DNA from: Planctomycetaceae bacterium
Lineage (GTDB): Bacteria; Planctomycetota; Phycisphaerae; Tepidisphaerales; Tepidisphaeraceae
Assembly: GCA_044464175.1 (NCBI GenBank)
Contig: JBIQLO010000001.1
Span: 1 to 62,412 of the forward strand
Direction of reading: 5' to 3'
DNA length: 62,412 bases
Part shown: positions 51,305 through 61,204 of the stretch, piece after piece
Layout: the number at the start of each line of letters is the position of its first letter
Position numbering within the stretch: the first letter of the stretch is position 1
The notes under the pieces: model-generated
What the model was told of the DNA's origin: nothing
Database searches by the model: none
What the model saw: the letters and a program-made list of their open reading frames with translations, nothing else
Program-made: the position numbers and the translations under genes

Positions 51305-52720
51305 TCAAGTCATCTCCAGTTCAAACCCGAATGTGCTTCCCCGGCCCGGTTCGCTTTCCACGAACATGCGGCCATGGTGCACGTTTTCGACAATGTGCCG
51401 CACCAGTGACAATCCCAGGCCGGTTCCCTTGGCCATATGGTTGTTGGCGCTGACTCTATAGAACTTATCGAACACAAAGGGGAGGTCCTTGTGTGAAATC
51501 CCGACCCCCGTGTCGGAAATCCGGATAATGATCTTCTTTCCGGCCTCGTCCACGCTGGCCTCGGCGGTGACGGTTCCTCCTTCGGGCGTGTACTTGATGG
51601 CGTTGGACAGGAGGTTGAGGACCGCCTGGTAGAGCATGTCCTTGTCGGCCAGCGTCTGATAAAAGACGGCCGTCAGCTTCTGCTCAAGATGGATGTTCTT
51701 GGCCTTGGCCTGTGGGACCATCACCTCCAGGGCCTCGGTGATGACCACGGCGGGGCTGAGCGGAGCTTTGTTGATCTTGACCAGCCCCGACTCGATGCGG
51801 GAGATATTCAGGATGTTGTCGATGAGGCGCCCCAGCCGATTGGCCTCATTCTGGATGATATCGTAGAATTCACGGCGGGTCTGCTCATCGGCGGCCTCGC
51901 CGTCCACCAGCATCTCCACATAGGCCTTAATGCTGGCCAGGGGCGTGCGGAGCTCGTGGGAGACATTGGAGACGAAGTCGGTCTTCATCTGAGCGACTTC
52001 CTTCTCGCGGGTCATGTCGTGCAGCACGGCGACAACGCCGGCGGGCTGGTCGGCGGCATCGGCGACTGCCGACAGGGTGAGTTTGAACGTCCTGCCCCCC
52101 CGCTCTGCGCCGACGGTATGCTCCACGACCCGGCGGGTGTTGGCGCTGCCGCTTTGACGCACCTCCCGGATCAGCTCAATCATTGTCTCGTCGCGCAATA
52201 CCTGATCGATGGGCCGCCGCTGCGCGGCCGAGAGATTGAAATCCCACACCCGGGCGGCGGCATCGTTAGCCAGCACCAGCTCATCAAAGGAATTGGTCAC
52301 CAGCACGGCGTCGGAGATGCTGTACAGGATGGCCCGGGCATGCTGCCGCTCGGCCGTGGCGACCTTGTACTGAATCTCCATCTCCCGCGCCTGGATTTTG
52401 GATTTCTCGGCGTTCTGCTGCAGCAGCTCGGTCAGACGATTGATGCCCTCGGTCAGAGGTCGCCAATCCGCGCTCTCGGCGGAGAGGCTGCCTGGCTGAT
52501 CCGCCTCCGCCAATTCGTTGATCTGCCGGACGAAACGCCGATGCTCGATCGTCCCGTCCACAGCGCCGATCAGGCCGATTCCGCCTACCAGGAACAGCAG
52601 CAGAATGCCGGGAAGCCAATGGCCCGGCAGATTACCGGACCAGAGGTCCGGCCCCAGATGAACCGCTGCAGCGGCCATGAATCCGGCGATCAGAATCGAT
52701 ATGACCCATCCACGGCGCAT
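51305..52720 (-). CDS. Sensor histidine kinase (2 TM, PAS, HisKA, HATPase_c)
   Basis: H-box HELRTPLASIKAY and G-box GTGLGLSLV. Two N-terminal TM helices. Confidence 0.9.
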   Translation of the reverse strand: MRRGWVISILIAGFMAAAAVHLGPDLWSGNLPGHWLPGILLLFLVGGIGLIGAVDGTIEHRRFVRQINELAEADQPGSLSAESADWRPLTEGINRLTELLQQNAEKSKIQAREMEIQYKVATAERQHARAILYSISDAVLVTNSFDELVLANDAAARVWDFNLSAAQRRPIDQVLRDETMIELIREVRQSGSANTRRVVEHTVGAERGGRTFKLTLSAVADAADQPAGVVAVLHDMTREKEVAQMKTDFVSNVSHELRTPLASIKAYVEMLVDGEAADEQTRREFYDIIQNEANRLGRLIDNILNISRIESGLVKINKAPLSPAVVITEALEVMVPQAKAKNIHLEQKLTAVFYQTLADKDMLYQAVLNLLSNAIKYTPEGGTVTAEASVDEAGKKIIIRISDTGVGISHKDLPFVFDKFYRVSANNHMAKGTGLGLSLVRHIVENVHHGRMFVESEPGRGSTFGFELEMT

Positions 52721-52789
52721 TCATTCTCCTTCAGCTTTCCAGCCCACGGTCTTATGGGATCTTCAGTTCAGCGACGCCCGCCGGCCCTT

Positions 52790-53977
52790 CTATTCCACGC
52801 TGGCCAACAGGCGAGTCGTCAGCTCATCGCCCGGCCGCAGCTTCAGGGCGGCGTCGTACCACTGGCGGGCCTTCTGGGGGTGGCCCATCTTCTGCAGGAC
52901 GTAGCCGACCATGCACAGGCTGGTTGAATCCTTGGGATCAGCACGACAGGCGCTCTGGAAAGAGGTCAGGGCCTTGGGCAGATTCTGCTCTCGCAAACAG
53001 AGATAACCCATCAGCAAGTTGGCCTGCCCGGACTGGGGCGCCAAGCTCAGGGCACGCTCCAGCGAGAGCCGAGCCCGAGCCAAGTCCTTCAATTCCAGCG
53101 CGGCCTGTGCAAGGCCGGTCCATCCATTGGCATTGCCTGGCTCCAGACGAACGGCCGTTTGAAAGTGATCACGGGCATCGTGCGCCCGGCCGGCGCGCAA
53201 AAGGCATTCACCCAGCGCCAACTGCAGGTCCGGCCGCTTTTGCCGGGTCTCATCGTTCATCAGCCGATCGAAAACCGGGAGGGCCTGTCGATACTGCTTG
53301 TCGAAGTAGAGCGCCAGGGCCAGGTGTTCGCGAATGTTCTGATCGTCGTCGGCGAAAATGCTCGCCTGGCGCAAGATGGTCGCCGCCTCGGCATAGCGGC
53401 CCTGGCTCATGAGAATGGCGCCCACCGCGTCGCGCAGGGCGGCGCTGTGCTCAAAATACGCGAGTTTGGATTGCAGCAGTGCCAGCGCCTCACCCGACCG
53501 GTCCATCGCCACCAGCATCTCCGCCCGTGCCAGGACGTAGGCCGGCTCCGTGGGCGCCTTTTCCGAAGCGCTGGCGTAGCACTGCAGGGCCTCCTGTGGC
53601 TTTTGCCATCGCTGGTAAACGACGCCGCTGTAGTAGTCGGCCTCGGGATTTTTCGGGTCCAGCTTTCCGGCTTCGGCCAATTCGCTCTGGGCCAGCTCCA
53701 ACTGCCCCTCCTCCAGCGCCAGCCGCGCCGAGAGAATACGCAGGGGAGCGCTGGCCGGGGTCAGGGTTATGGCCTGATCCAGCGTCTTGCGGGCCTGTCC
53801 GAATTCACCGCTGCGGTATTGGCGCTCCGCCAGGCTCGCCAGCACTGAGGAGCGGGTCTGGTTCCATCGCTTGACCGCTTCCTCCTTGGGCTTCTGTCGG
53901 TTGGACTGGCAGGCGCTGAGGCAGAGGCCAATCACGGCCAGGGCGGCGGTCCATCGGAATTGATGCATAAATCGCAT
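52790..53977 (-). CDS. TPR-repeat lipoprotein, PilF/PilW-like secretin pilotin candidate
   Basis: Lipobox LCLSAC, followed by repeated TPR units throughout. Immediately downstream of the secretin gene. Start is 53977 or 54001. Confidence 0.7.
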   Translation of the reverse strand: MRFMHQFRWTAALAVIGLCLSACQSNRQKPKEEAVKRWNQTRSSVLASLAERQYRSGEFGQARKTLDQAITLTPASAPLRILSARLALEEGQLELAQSELAEAGKLDPKNPEADYYSGVVYQRWQKPQEALQCYASASEKAPTEPAYVLARAEMLVAMDRSGEALALLQSKLAYFEHSAALRDAVGAILMSQGRYAEAATILRQASIFADDDQNIREHLALALYFDKQYRQALPVFDRLMNDETRQKRPDLQLALGECLLRAGRAHDARDHFQTAVRLEPGNANGWTGLAQAALELKDLARARLSLERALSLAPQSGQANLLMGYLCLREQNLPKALTSFQSACRADPKDSTSLCMVGYVLQKMGHPQKARQWYDAALKLRPGDELTTRLLASVE

Positions 53978-54088
53978 GAGAACACTCGCTTTGCTTGTCA
54001 TCTGCCGCCGGCTCCCTGTGCTCCTGAATGGCTCAACATCCGGACGCATGCACAGGGAACCGGCGACCGGCCATCCGTCTAACCTGAC

Positions 54089-56077
54089 TTATTCACCCAT
54101 TGCCGTTTCCAGCGGCAATTCGGCCGGCGTCAGACCCAGTGTGGGGCGGGTCGTGGCCGGCGACTGATCCTGCAACACCTGATCCCGCACAAAATCGCGG
54201 ATGGCGCTGTTGTCCACATCCCGCATCTCGCGCCCGGTGAGCGACTGCTTCATATTGATCGCCTCCAGGAAGGTCGGATTCAGGTTCGTGGCACAGTTGA
54301 GATACCAGATCGCCTTTTTGCGGTCGGGATTGGGCTTGTTCATCTCCGCCACCGCCTTTTCGTAGACGGATTCGGCCAGCCGTTCACGGCCCCAAGGCAT
54401 CATGCCCTTGCGCACCCCGATGCGGAGCTGCTCGGCCTCGGCCATGACCTTCGCCGAGGCGGCGGCGTAGGCGTTTTCATCCTTAATGATGTGCGGCGTC
54501 AGGAGAATGATGATCTCCTGGCGCTGCGTGGCATCGGCCTGGCTGCGGAAGAGGGGGCCGACCAGCGGCAGATTGCCCAGGACCGGCACCTGGCTCTTGT
54601 TGATCGTGTTGCTGTCGCGGAAAAGGCCGCCAATGACGATCGTATGGCCGTTGCGCACCATGATGTTGGTCGTCACCTCGGTCGTGCGTTTGGACGGAAG
54701 GAGCGTCGTCTTGTCGAGGGTGCCGTCGGAATCCTCCGGATGCACCTCCATGCGAATCCAGCCGTCGTCACCGATGTAGGGGCGGAACACGAGGCGGATA
54801 CCGGTGCTGAGAAACTGCACCTGCTCGGTGCTGGCGGTCTCGGTCTGCGTGGTGGTCCCACGGTAACCGATGTCGTTGCCGACATGCACCTCGCCCCGCT
54901 GCTTGTTGAGGACCAGAACCTTGGGATTGGCCAGCACCGTGCTGTTGGTCACGCTCTCCAGGGCGTTAATGAACATTCCCACGTTGTTCTTGACAATGCC
55001 GATGTTCAGACCATTGCCGCCCATCTGTCCGGCGACAAATCCGGCATCATTGACCCCATTGGCCGCGGAGTTCTCAATGATGCCGCCGCTGAGCGCCTGG
55101 GATAGCCCCGAACCTGTGCCGGCGCTGCCGACATTGGCCAGCGAGGAGAAGTCCACGCCGCCCAGGATCGTGAAATTGACGCCAAGCTGGTTGTCCTCAT
55201 TCAGCGTGACCGCCAGCATGGTTGCCTCCACCAGCACCTGCTGCGGCCGCTGATCCACCTGCTTCAGGATGTCCCTCACCTTTTCCAGATTCTCGGGATA
55301 GTCGCTGACGACCAGCATGTCGCCGCCGGAATGGGTATCGCCGCCGGCATCGGTGGCGCCGCTGGTGATACCGCTCTGGGCCGGCGTGGTCAGCGACACC
55401 TGGGCCCCGCTGCTAAGGATGGGCTTGATGAGATTTTGGGCATTGGCAGCCGGCGTGTAGTAGAGGTGGAACACCTCCGTCTTCATCTTGTGCTCGGCCT
55501 TCTGCATCTCCTCGAGCTGCTTTTTCGTATAGACATAGATGAAGTTCCCCTTCTCCACATATCCATAGCCATTGGCGCTGAGAATGGCATCCAGCGCCTC
55601 GGAGACGGTGACGCCGTACAGGTTGGCTGTGACCGTGCCATTAACCTCCTTGGTGGCGATGATGTTTTTCTGCGACTGCATCGACAGCATTCGCAGCACT
55701 TCCACCAGCTTGGCGTCATTGACATGGATTTCCACAGTGCCGGCGGGCCCGACGTTCACCTGGCTGGAGGTCACCGAGGCGCCCTTCTCCCCGGCGGCCG
55801 GTGTGGAGGCCGGAATGGCCGAATCAGAAGCGACCGGCTCCGCCGAGGCGGCGGCCGGTGCTGAGGCAGCCATCGGGGCGGCCGCTATGCCGGCATCGGC
55901 GACGGTTTCATTCGCCGGAGCGTTCAGCAGGCGCACCGTGGAGGCGGAGTTGCTTTCCTCCCCTGCCGCGATTGCCACATTTGTGCCGAACCCCTCGATT
56001 GCCCCACCGGCATAAACGGCCGATGCGGCCAAAAAAAGAAGAGACGCTGTACGTTTCCATTGGCGCATAAGACGCAC
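54089..56077 (-). CDS. Secretin (PilQ/GspD family)
   Basis: Signal peptide, an Ala/Ser-rich linker, N domains and a C-terminal secretin domain (VPVLGNLPLVGPLFRS...IIILLTPHII). Confidence 0.85.
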   Translation of the reverse strand: MRLMRQWKRTASLLFLAASAVYAGGAIEGFGTNVAIAAGEESNSASTVRLLNAPANETVADAGIAAAPMAASAPAAASAEPVASDSAIPASTPAAGEKGASVTSSQVNVGPAGTVEIHVNDAKLVEVLRMLSMQSQKNIIATKEVNGTVTANLYGVTVSEALDAILSANGYGYVEKGNFIYVYTKKQLEEMQKAEHKMKTEVFHLYYTPAANAQNLIKPILSSGAQVSLTTPAQSGITSGATDAGGDTHSGGDMLVVSDYPENLEKVRDILKQVDQRPQQVLVEATMLAVTLNEDNQLGVNFTILGGVDFSSLANVGSAGTGSGLSQALSGGIIENSAANGVNDAGFVAGQMGGNGLNIGIVKNNVGMFINALESVTNSTVLANPKVLVLNKQRGEVHVGNDIGYRGTTTQTETASTEQVQFLSTGIRLVFRPYIGDDGWIRMEVHPEDSDGTLDKTTLLPSKRTTEVTTNIMVRNGHTIVIGGLFRDSNTINKSQVPVLGNLPLVGPLFRSQADATQRQEIIILLTPHIIKDENAYAAASAKVMAEAEQLRIGVRKGMMPWGRERLAESVYEKAVAEMNKPNPDRKKAIWYLNCATNLNPTFLEAINMKQSLTGREMRDVDNSAIRDFVRDQVLQDQSPATTRPTLGLTPAELPLETAMGE

Positions 56078-56164
56078 TCCTGGGATGCTGTTGCCGGTGG
56101 TCAGCCATGCCGACTAACAAGGCGGCCTTCGCTGAACCTGGGCACCATCGGTCGGGCATCGTCG

Positions 56165-56863
56165 CTAGTTCATCAGGATTTCGAGCTTGATGCCCTCACG
56201 CTCGACGATAATCCGCCGCGGCTCGATTTCGAGGACGCGGAACGACGCGACAACGTCTCCCTCTTTCACCAGCTCGCCGTTGACCATCGCGCGGGGTTGG
56301 CGCCCCATCAGCGTGGTCTGCAGTTTCAACTGAGCGGCCTGAAGTCGCAGATTCTCGATGAGAATCCGTCGCTCTTTGATCTGATCGGCCTTTGCGGCCA
56401 TGGACTTTGCAAGCTGATCCCAAAACCCATCCCCGCTGGGGGCGCGCAGGGTTTTGGCAATCCGACTTCCGTCCTGCGGGTAATAATCGAGCTTAATGGC
56501 GAACAGGTCCCGTTCCAGGGGGGCAATCGGCGAGGCCAGCCAGCTTCGCAGGGCTTCGGCGGCGGCATTGTGCTTCGCCGTCATGTCCATGGCCGAAGCA
56601 GCGGGCTTCGCCACCATGGCCGCGGAGGCGATTTTGGGCGCATCCGCCCCGTTGGACAGTACCCGTGCCCAGGCGACGCCCAGAATGATCAGCAGCACCC
56701 CCAGGAACAACGTCTTCCTGGGATCTGCGCGAATCATGGCGGCGACCCTGTTCCACCAGATGATGACATTGGAATCGTTCATGCTGTTCGCTCCGTGTCG
56801 CGGGCCGCAATCATCGGCGGACGCCGGGATTCCGGGCGGACCGGCATTCCGGCCACCACTCAC
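56165..56863 (-). CDS. Membrane-anchored PilP/GspC-like protein
   Basis: One TM helix (LFLGVLLIILGVAW) and a C-terminal beta-domain AMVNGELVKEGDVVASFRVLEIEPRRIIVE. The GTG at 56863 overlaps the pilO stop; the alternative ATG is at 56782. Confidence 0.5.
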   Translation of the reverse strand: MSGGRNAGPPGIPASADDCGPRHGANSMNDSNVIIWWNRVAAMIRADPRKTLFLGVLLIILGVAWARVLSNGADAPKIASAAMVAKPAASAMDMTAKHNAAAEALRSWLASPIAPLERDLFAIKLDYYPQDGSRIAKTLRAPSGDGFWDQLAKSMAAKADQIKERRILIENLRLQAAQLKLQTTLMGRQPRAMVNGELVKEGDVVASFRVLEIEPRRIIVEREGIKLEILMN

Positions 56864-57432
56864 CCGTCCGTGAAAAAGATGCTCAGTGCCACCTCCACGT
56901 CCACGGTTCCCAGTTTGGAGTCGAGGCTCTTGAGACGCACGCTGCGGACCCGCGTCAGGCGGGGCAGGGTTTCGATCTGGCGCAGAAACGACCAGACCTC
57001 CTGGAAATCCCCCTCAAAGCGCATGACGATCGGCTGCTCACTGAACAGTTCCATTCGCTGCGGCGCCTCCTGCCGCACGCTCATCTTCTGCAACGACGTC
57101 TGGCGGCTGATCTGATTCACGTTTCGCAGAAATTCCGCCAGCTCCGGCTGCCTGGGCAATCGGCGGTCGAAATGTTCCAGACTGACGCGCAATCGATCCA
57201 CTTCCAGGGCGACCGCCGGAAGCGTCGTGACGCGCGACTGATTGGCGTTCAACTCGCGCTGGTCCATGGCAATTCGGGCCTGCAACGCCTCAAGTCGACC
57301 GGTGCGGGGACGGTAGCTGAAGAGAACAAACGCGATGGCCATGACGGCAATGGCCGCCGCCAGTCCCCATTGGGCTTTGGTGCATCGGCCCAATTGCCGC
57401 TCGAGGTTGGTGTTCGCCTGCGGTTGGGTCAT
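56860..57432 (-). CDS. pilO: PilO-like pilus assembly protein
   Basis: N-terminal TM helix, a coiled coil, and a C-terminal ferredoxin-like region (VMRFEGDFQEVWSFLRQIETLPRLTRV). Confidence 0.7.
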   Translation of the reverse strand: MTQPQANTNLERQLGRCTKAQWGLAAAIAVMAIAFVLFSYRPRTGRLEALQARIAMDQRELNANQSRVTTLPAVALEVDRLRVSLEHFDRRLPRQPELAEFLRNVNQISRQTSLQKMSVRQEAPQRMELFSEQPIVMRFEGDFQEVWSFLRQIETLPRLTRVRSVRLKSLDSKLGTVDVEVALSIFFTDG

Positions 57433-58040
57433 TGGTCGTCCAATCGAATCGAAAATGTCACTTCGAACTGGCGCATCAGATGGCCACTGTCGCCCCGATC
57501 GCGCGCGTACATCATCGCCACTTCCTGCACGAAGGGCACATCGCTCAGCCTGGCCAGGAAATTCGCCACGTCGACATCGGTCGGGGCCACACCCAGAAGC
57601 CGCACGTCCATTCGTCGCTGAGGCGGTTGGTCCTCATTCTGGCCTGCGCGGCGATGGAGGTGTTCCTGGCCGAGGCGGGTCGTGTTCACGCTCGCTTCCA
57701 ACAGCGCCATCTCCGGCGGCATCAGGGTCTGGAGCCGGCTGAACAGCCGGGCCGTCTCCACATGCGAACCGAGTGTCTGCAGCATCTGGTACTGCCGCTG
57801 CCACTGCTTCTGCAATGCCAGAAGGTCATCAAGCTTACGCAACTGCTGGCGCGATTGCGTCAGTTCACTTCCAAGCATCTGAGCCGTTTTTTCCGCTGCA
57901 TGAATGTTCTGTCCGGCCAGCATGCTCCAGGTGCCCAAGCCTCCGGCCAGCAGTAACAGCATCCATGCCTGCATCGCCACCCACCGCTTTTGCCGCCGAA
58001 GCCGGGGATACCATGCCGGCAAAAATTCCAGTTCACGCAT
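57429..58040 (-). CDS. pilN: PilN-like pilus assembly protein
   Basis: An LEFLPAWY-type N-terminus that would bind PilM, one TM helix and a coiled coil. Overlaps pilM by 8 nt and pilO by 4 nt. Confidence 0.7.
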   Translation of the reverse strand: MRELEFLPAWYPRLRRQKRWVAMQAWMLLLLAGGLGTWSMLAGQNIHAAEKTAQMLGSELTQSRQQLRKLDDLLALQKQWQRQYQMLQTLGSHVETARLFSRLQTLMPPEMALLEASVNTTRLGQEHLHRRAGQNEDQPPQRRMDVRLLGVAPTDVDVANFLARLSDVPFVQEVAMMYARDRGDSGHLMRQFEVTFSIRLDDQ

Positions 58041-59298
58041 GGACCACCTCCCCTTTCCGCAGGGACTCGACAGCGGGTTCCGACACAGGTTCCGAGCCCT
58101 CCTCGCCAGGGGCGGCGCGGACAATCTGCTCAAAGTCGACCAGTTCGGTCCCGGGGGAAAGAAGATCGTCACGCGGACCGTTGGGATCGCGCGGCTTGCC
58201 GTCGCGAGGTCTGAACGTGCCGGTGGTCAGACGCAATGACAACCCCAGCGCCACCGCCCACTGGCTCATTGTCCCGCGCCGCTCGGCCGCCTCCATTCGA
58301 CTGGTGTCGATGCTGAACAGCGGCCTGCCGGTCTCCACCGGAATGGCGACGGTGCCGCTGAGCAGCCGCTGGAGCTGGATATCGCACGCCTCGCCTCCCA
58401 GCAGCCGCATCCGCTCGGGACGCTGGCCGCGGAATGTGACGCTGTAATAGCGCAGGCAGAGGGAAATTTCCCGGCCCAGCTCTTCCACGGGCGTCCGAAC
58501 CGCGTCATAGACCGCCTGACGCACTGGATCGGACCGCAATGGAGCATTGGGCGTCTCGGCCAGCCGCCGGCGAAGTGATGACGCCTCCTCCAGGGAGATG
58601 CCCAGTTTCGCCGCCACGGCGTCATTGAACTGCCTGCCACCCATGTCAATCTGCTTATAGAAGGTGATCTCTCGGCCCCGGGCGATGACGACGCAACTGC
58701 GCGATAGCCCAATATCCACCAGGACCTGGACCTCGTTTTGATCTTCCTTGCGTCGAATGAAGCGATCCACGCCTCGGAACAGGGCGCATGGTTCAAAATC
58801 AATGGACTCCACAATCAGGCCACAGCGGTGAATCTGCTCGACGTATTGATCCACCTGTGCGCTGCGCGCTGCCACGACGATCAGCTCCTGACGCGTCTCC
58901 CCCCCCTGCCGCACCTCCCCGGCGGGCAGATAATGCAGGCACATCCGCTCGGCATCACAGCCGAACAGATTCGGCGCCTCCAATCGCATCGCTGAGTCCA
59001 ATTCGCCGGCGGGCATCGGCGGAAGCCGCAGGTTTTTCACCTGGACAATCGTACGCGGGAGCATCGCCACCACGCGCCGTCCGCGGAAACGCCCTTGCCG
59101 CAGGAGACGCTGCAGCACGGGATGGAGCGCCCGGATGCGATCCTGCGGATCCGCCGGCGTCTCCGGCGGCACTGTCGCCGCGGCCGCCGAGGCCACCGAC
59201 AGTTCGCCGCCGACTTCCTCCAGTTGCAGCATCCGCACCTCGGCGCTGCCCAGGTCGAGGCCGATCGGCTGAAGATGGGTTCGATGCAGTCGAATCAT
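58033..59298 (-). CDS. pilM: PilM (actin-like ATPase fold) pilus assembly protein
   Basis: IGLDLGSAEVRMLQLE phosphate-1 motif. PilM-like length and order upstream of pilN and pilO. Confidence 0.85.
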   Translation of the reverse strand: MIRLHRTHLQPIGLDLGSAEVRMLQLEEVGGELSVASAAAATVPPETPADPQDRIRALHPVLQRLLRQGRFRGRRVVAMLPRTIVQVKNLRLPPMPAGELDSAMRLEAPNLFGCDAERMCLHYLPAGEVRQGGETRQELIVVAARSAQVDQYVEQIHRCGLIVESIDFEPCALFRGVDRFIRRKEDQNEVQVLVDIGLSRSCVVIARGREITFYKQIDMGGRQFNDAVAAKLGISLEEASSLRRRLAETPNAPLRSDPVRQAVYDAVRTPVEELGREISLCLRYYSVTFRGQRPERMRLLGGEACDIQLQRLLSGTVAIPVETGRPLFSIDTSRMEAAERRGTMSQWAVALGLSLRLTTGTFRPRDGKPRDPNGPRDDLLSPGTELVDFEQIVRAAPGEEGSEPVSEPAVESLRKGEVVHA

Positions 59299-59313
59299 GT
59301 CACCGCTCGCCTC

Positions 59314-59907
59314 CTAAGTGCCGCTAACGGAAAGGTTGCCGGTATATGGCTCCACCTTCACTGTCAGCGACATCTGTCCGCTCTTGACCACTACACTGCC
59401 GGCAACCAGCTCCTGCAGTTGCGATCCGGCCGGCCGGGTCGGGTCGTACGACCAAGGACACCCCATCTCGTCGAACACGATGGTTGACTTCCCGTCAAAA
59501 CTCACCGTCCCGATTTGGCAGCTGGCCAAACCCGAGGTGCCGCCGGAACCGAATTTGGTCGTGTAGTCTCCCTGGCTAACGGGGTGGCGAATCGGAGTGG
59601 TCAGCGGCGCTGCATCATAGATACCGTAGCTTTGCGATGAGGCGTCGAATTTGACATAGTGCGGTTTCTGCGTCGTGATCGCGAGATTTTGCGCATACAT
59701 CAAATCACTCATCACCACCCTGGCGGCCGCGGCGGCATTCAGGTCGTCCCGGGAGCTGATCTGTGGGAGCACCATCGCTGACACAATCCCGAGAATGACC
59801 ACCACCGTGAGGATTTCCACCAATGTAAAGCCACCACGGACGGAACCTCGGGCATTGCCTGGATCTGTTGAATCCAGGTGCGCGATTCGGGTTGTCTTTA
59901 GTTCCAT
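59314..59907 (-). CDS. Pseudopilin with a prepilin N-terminal cleavage/methylation domain
   Basis: GGFTLVEILTVVVILGIVSAMVLP. ATG at 59907 (the track GTG is at 59937). Confidence 0.8.
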   Translation of the reverse strand: MELKTTRIAHLDSTDPGNARGSVRGGFTLVEILTVVVILGIVSAMVLPQISSRDDLNAAAAARVVMSDLMYAQNLAITTQKPHYVKFDASSQSYGIYDAAPLTTPIRHPVSQGDYTTKFGSGGTSGLASCQIGTVSFDGKSTIVFDEMGCPWSYDPTRPAGSQLQELVAGSVVVKSGQMSLTVKVEPYTGNLSVSGT

Positions 59908-59940
59908 CACAACCTCCGGTCCACGGCGGGCGGACACTTA

Positions 59941-60186
59941 CTATTTCTTTTCATCGGGCTTCGCGACGCGGACCTGAAGGTTGCCTCCCTCTAAAATTCC
60001 GATCAATTTGTCCAGCTTCTGATTGGTCTCCTTCTGCTGATCCACCATCTGGACGATCCGGTCGCCGGTATCGCCGAAAGCCGCCTGGGCGGGCGCGGGA
60101 TAAAACGCACCGCTTGACCACTGCCCCAGCAGAATGAGCCCCTGCAGTACCAGCACAATCGTCAGAATCCTCATCTCCGATTTCAT
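59941..60186 (-). CDS. Small membrane-anchored or secreted protein, unknown function
   Basis: 81 aa. N-terminal hydrophobic helix MRILTIVLVLQGLILLG, then a charged helical tail. Packed tightly between pseudopilin genes. Confidence 0.45.
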   Translation of the reverse strand: MKSEMRILTIVLVLQGLILLGQWSSGAFYPAPAQAAFGDTGDRIVQMVDQQKETNQKLDKLIGILEGGNLQVRVAKPDEKK

Positions 60187-60217
60187 GGATGCTCCTTGTC
60201 AGTAGCCGTTGATTTTC

Positions 60218-61204
60218 TCAATTCCAGCTCAGGACCTTTACCAGAGGGCGGAATTTCAATGTTCCCTCGGAAGTCACGCCGCCGCTTCCGACCATGACGG
60301 GGCCGATAACCTTCATCACTGATCCCTCGCCGCCCCCCCCGCCGCCCAGCAGGCCTCCGAGCAGTCCCCCGAGGCCGCTGGGGGTATCGCCGATCTGGGT
60401 CTTTACCCAGAGCCCCCCCTCGACCGTCGCCTCCGAATCATCATCCGGCAGCAGCTTTCCCCCCACCACCACCGCCGCCGGCCAGTTTCCCGAGACGATC
60501 TGTTCGCGGGTTGCGGTGATCAGGGAGCCGGAGTTCTTAACCTTCAGGTCGCCGCACACGACAAGGATGCCGCGAATCACGGTGTTTCGGAGGGTGGCCG
60601 TGCCGTCGGTCCAGAAAATGCCGGTGGGAGAATCCGCCGGCCCGTAGACTTTGTCCTGGAGATCGCACGGCAGCTCCGTGGCGTGCGTTTTGAGCCAGGT
60701 GGGGTCGAGCATGGATGGACTGCTCAGCGCGATGGAATGGTTCCCAAGCAGGCCGTTGACGATCCCGCCCACGAGATTGAGCAGCCCGCCCAGCAGGCCC
60801 GAATCCGTGGCACTGGTGATCATAACAGGGTAATTCAGTTGCACCTGCGCTTCGACCGAGCGCTGAGCCCCGTCCACCGTGGCGGTAGAGGAGATCCGAT
60901 AGATGTCACTTCCCAGCGATTGGCAGGAGATGCTGATCGTCCCCGGGACCGAAGCGCCGAGCGAGATGCCGCTACGTCCCCCCCACTGCCCATTGGTTTG
61001 CTGGAGATGCCACATCGCCAGTTGCACACCCGAATCGGCCAGATATTCCGCCGAGGCGCTGCGCATGACATTGCCGCCGGCCTGAGCCTGCAGTTGCGTG
61101 GCCGCCAGCAGGGCATAACCCAGCACCGCCACCAAGCCCACCACACTTACCACCAGCACCAGCGCCATCCCACGTGGCGACTTAGTTCTGCGGTGTCGTA
61201 GCAT
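60218..61204 (-). CDS. PilX/GspK-like minor pseudopilin
   Basis: RGMALVLVVSVVGLVAVLGYALL N-terminus without the F-T-L-x-E motif (PilX_N-like). Gly-rich C-terminal stretch. Start is uncertain (61204, 61168 or 61225). Confidence 0.55.
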   Translation of the reverse strand: MLRHRRTKSPRGMALVLVVSVVGLVAVLGYALLAATQLQAQAGGNVMRSASAEYLADSGVQLAMWHLQQTNGQWGGRSGISLGASVPGTISISCQSLGSDIYRISSTATVDGAQRSVEAQVQLNYPVMITSATDSGLLGGLLNLVGGIVNGLLGNHSIALSSPSMLDPTWLKTHATELPCDLQDKVYGPADSPTGIFWTDGTATLRNTVIRGILVVCGDLKVKNSGSLITATREQIVSGNWPAAVVVGGKLLPDDDSEATVEGGLWVKTQIGDTPSGLGGLLGGLLGGGGGGEGSVMKVIGPVMVGSGGVTSEGTLKFRPLVKVLSWN

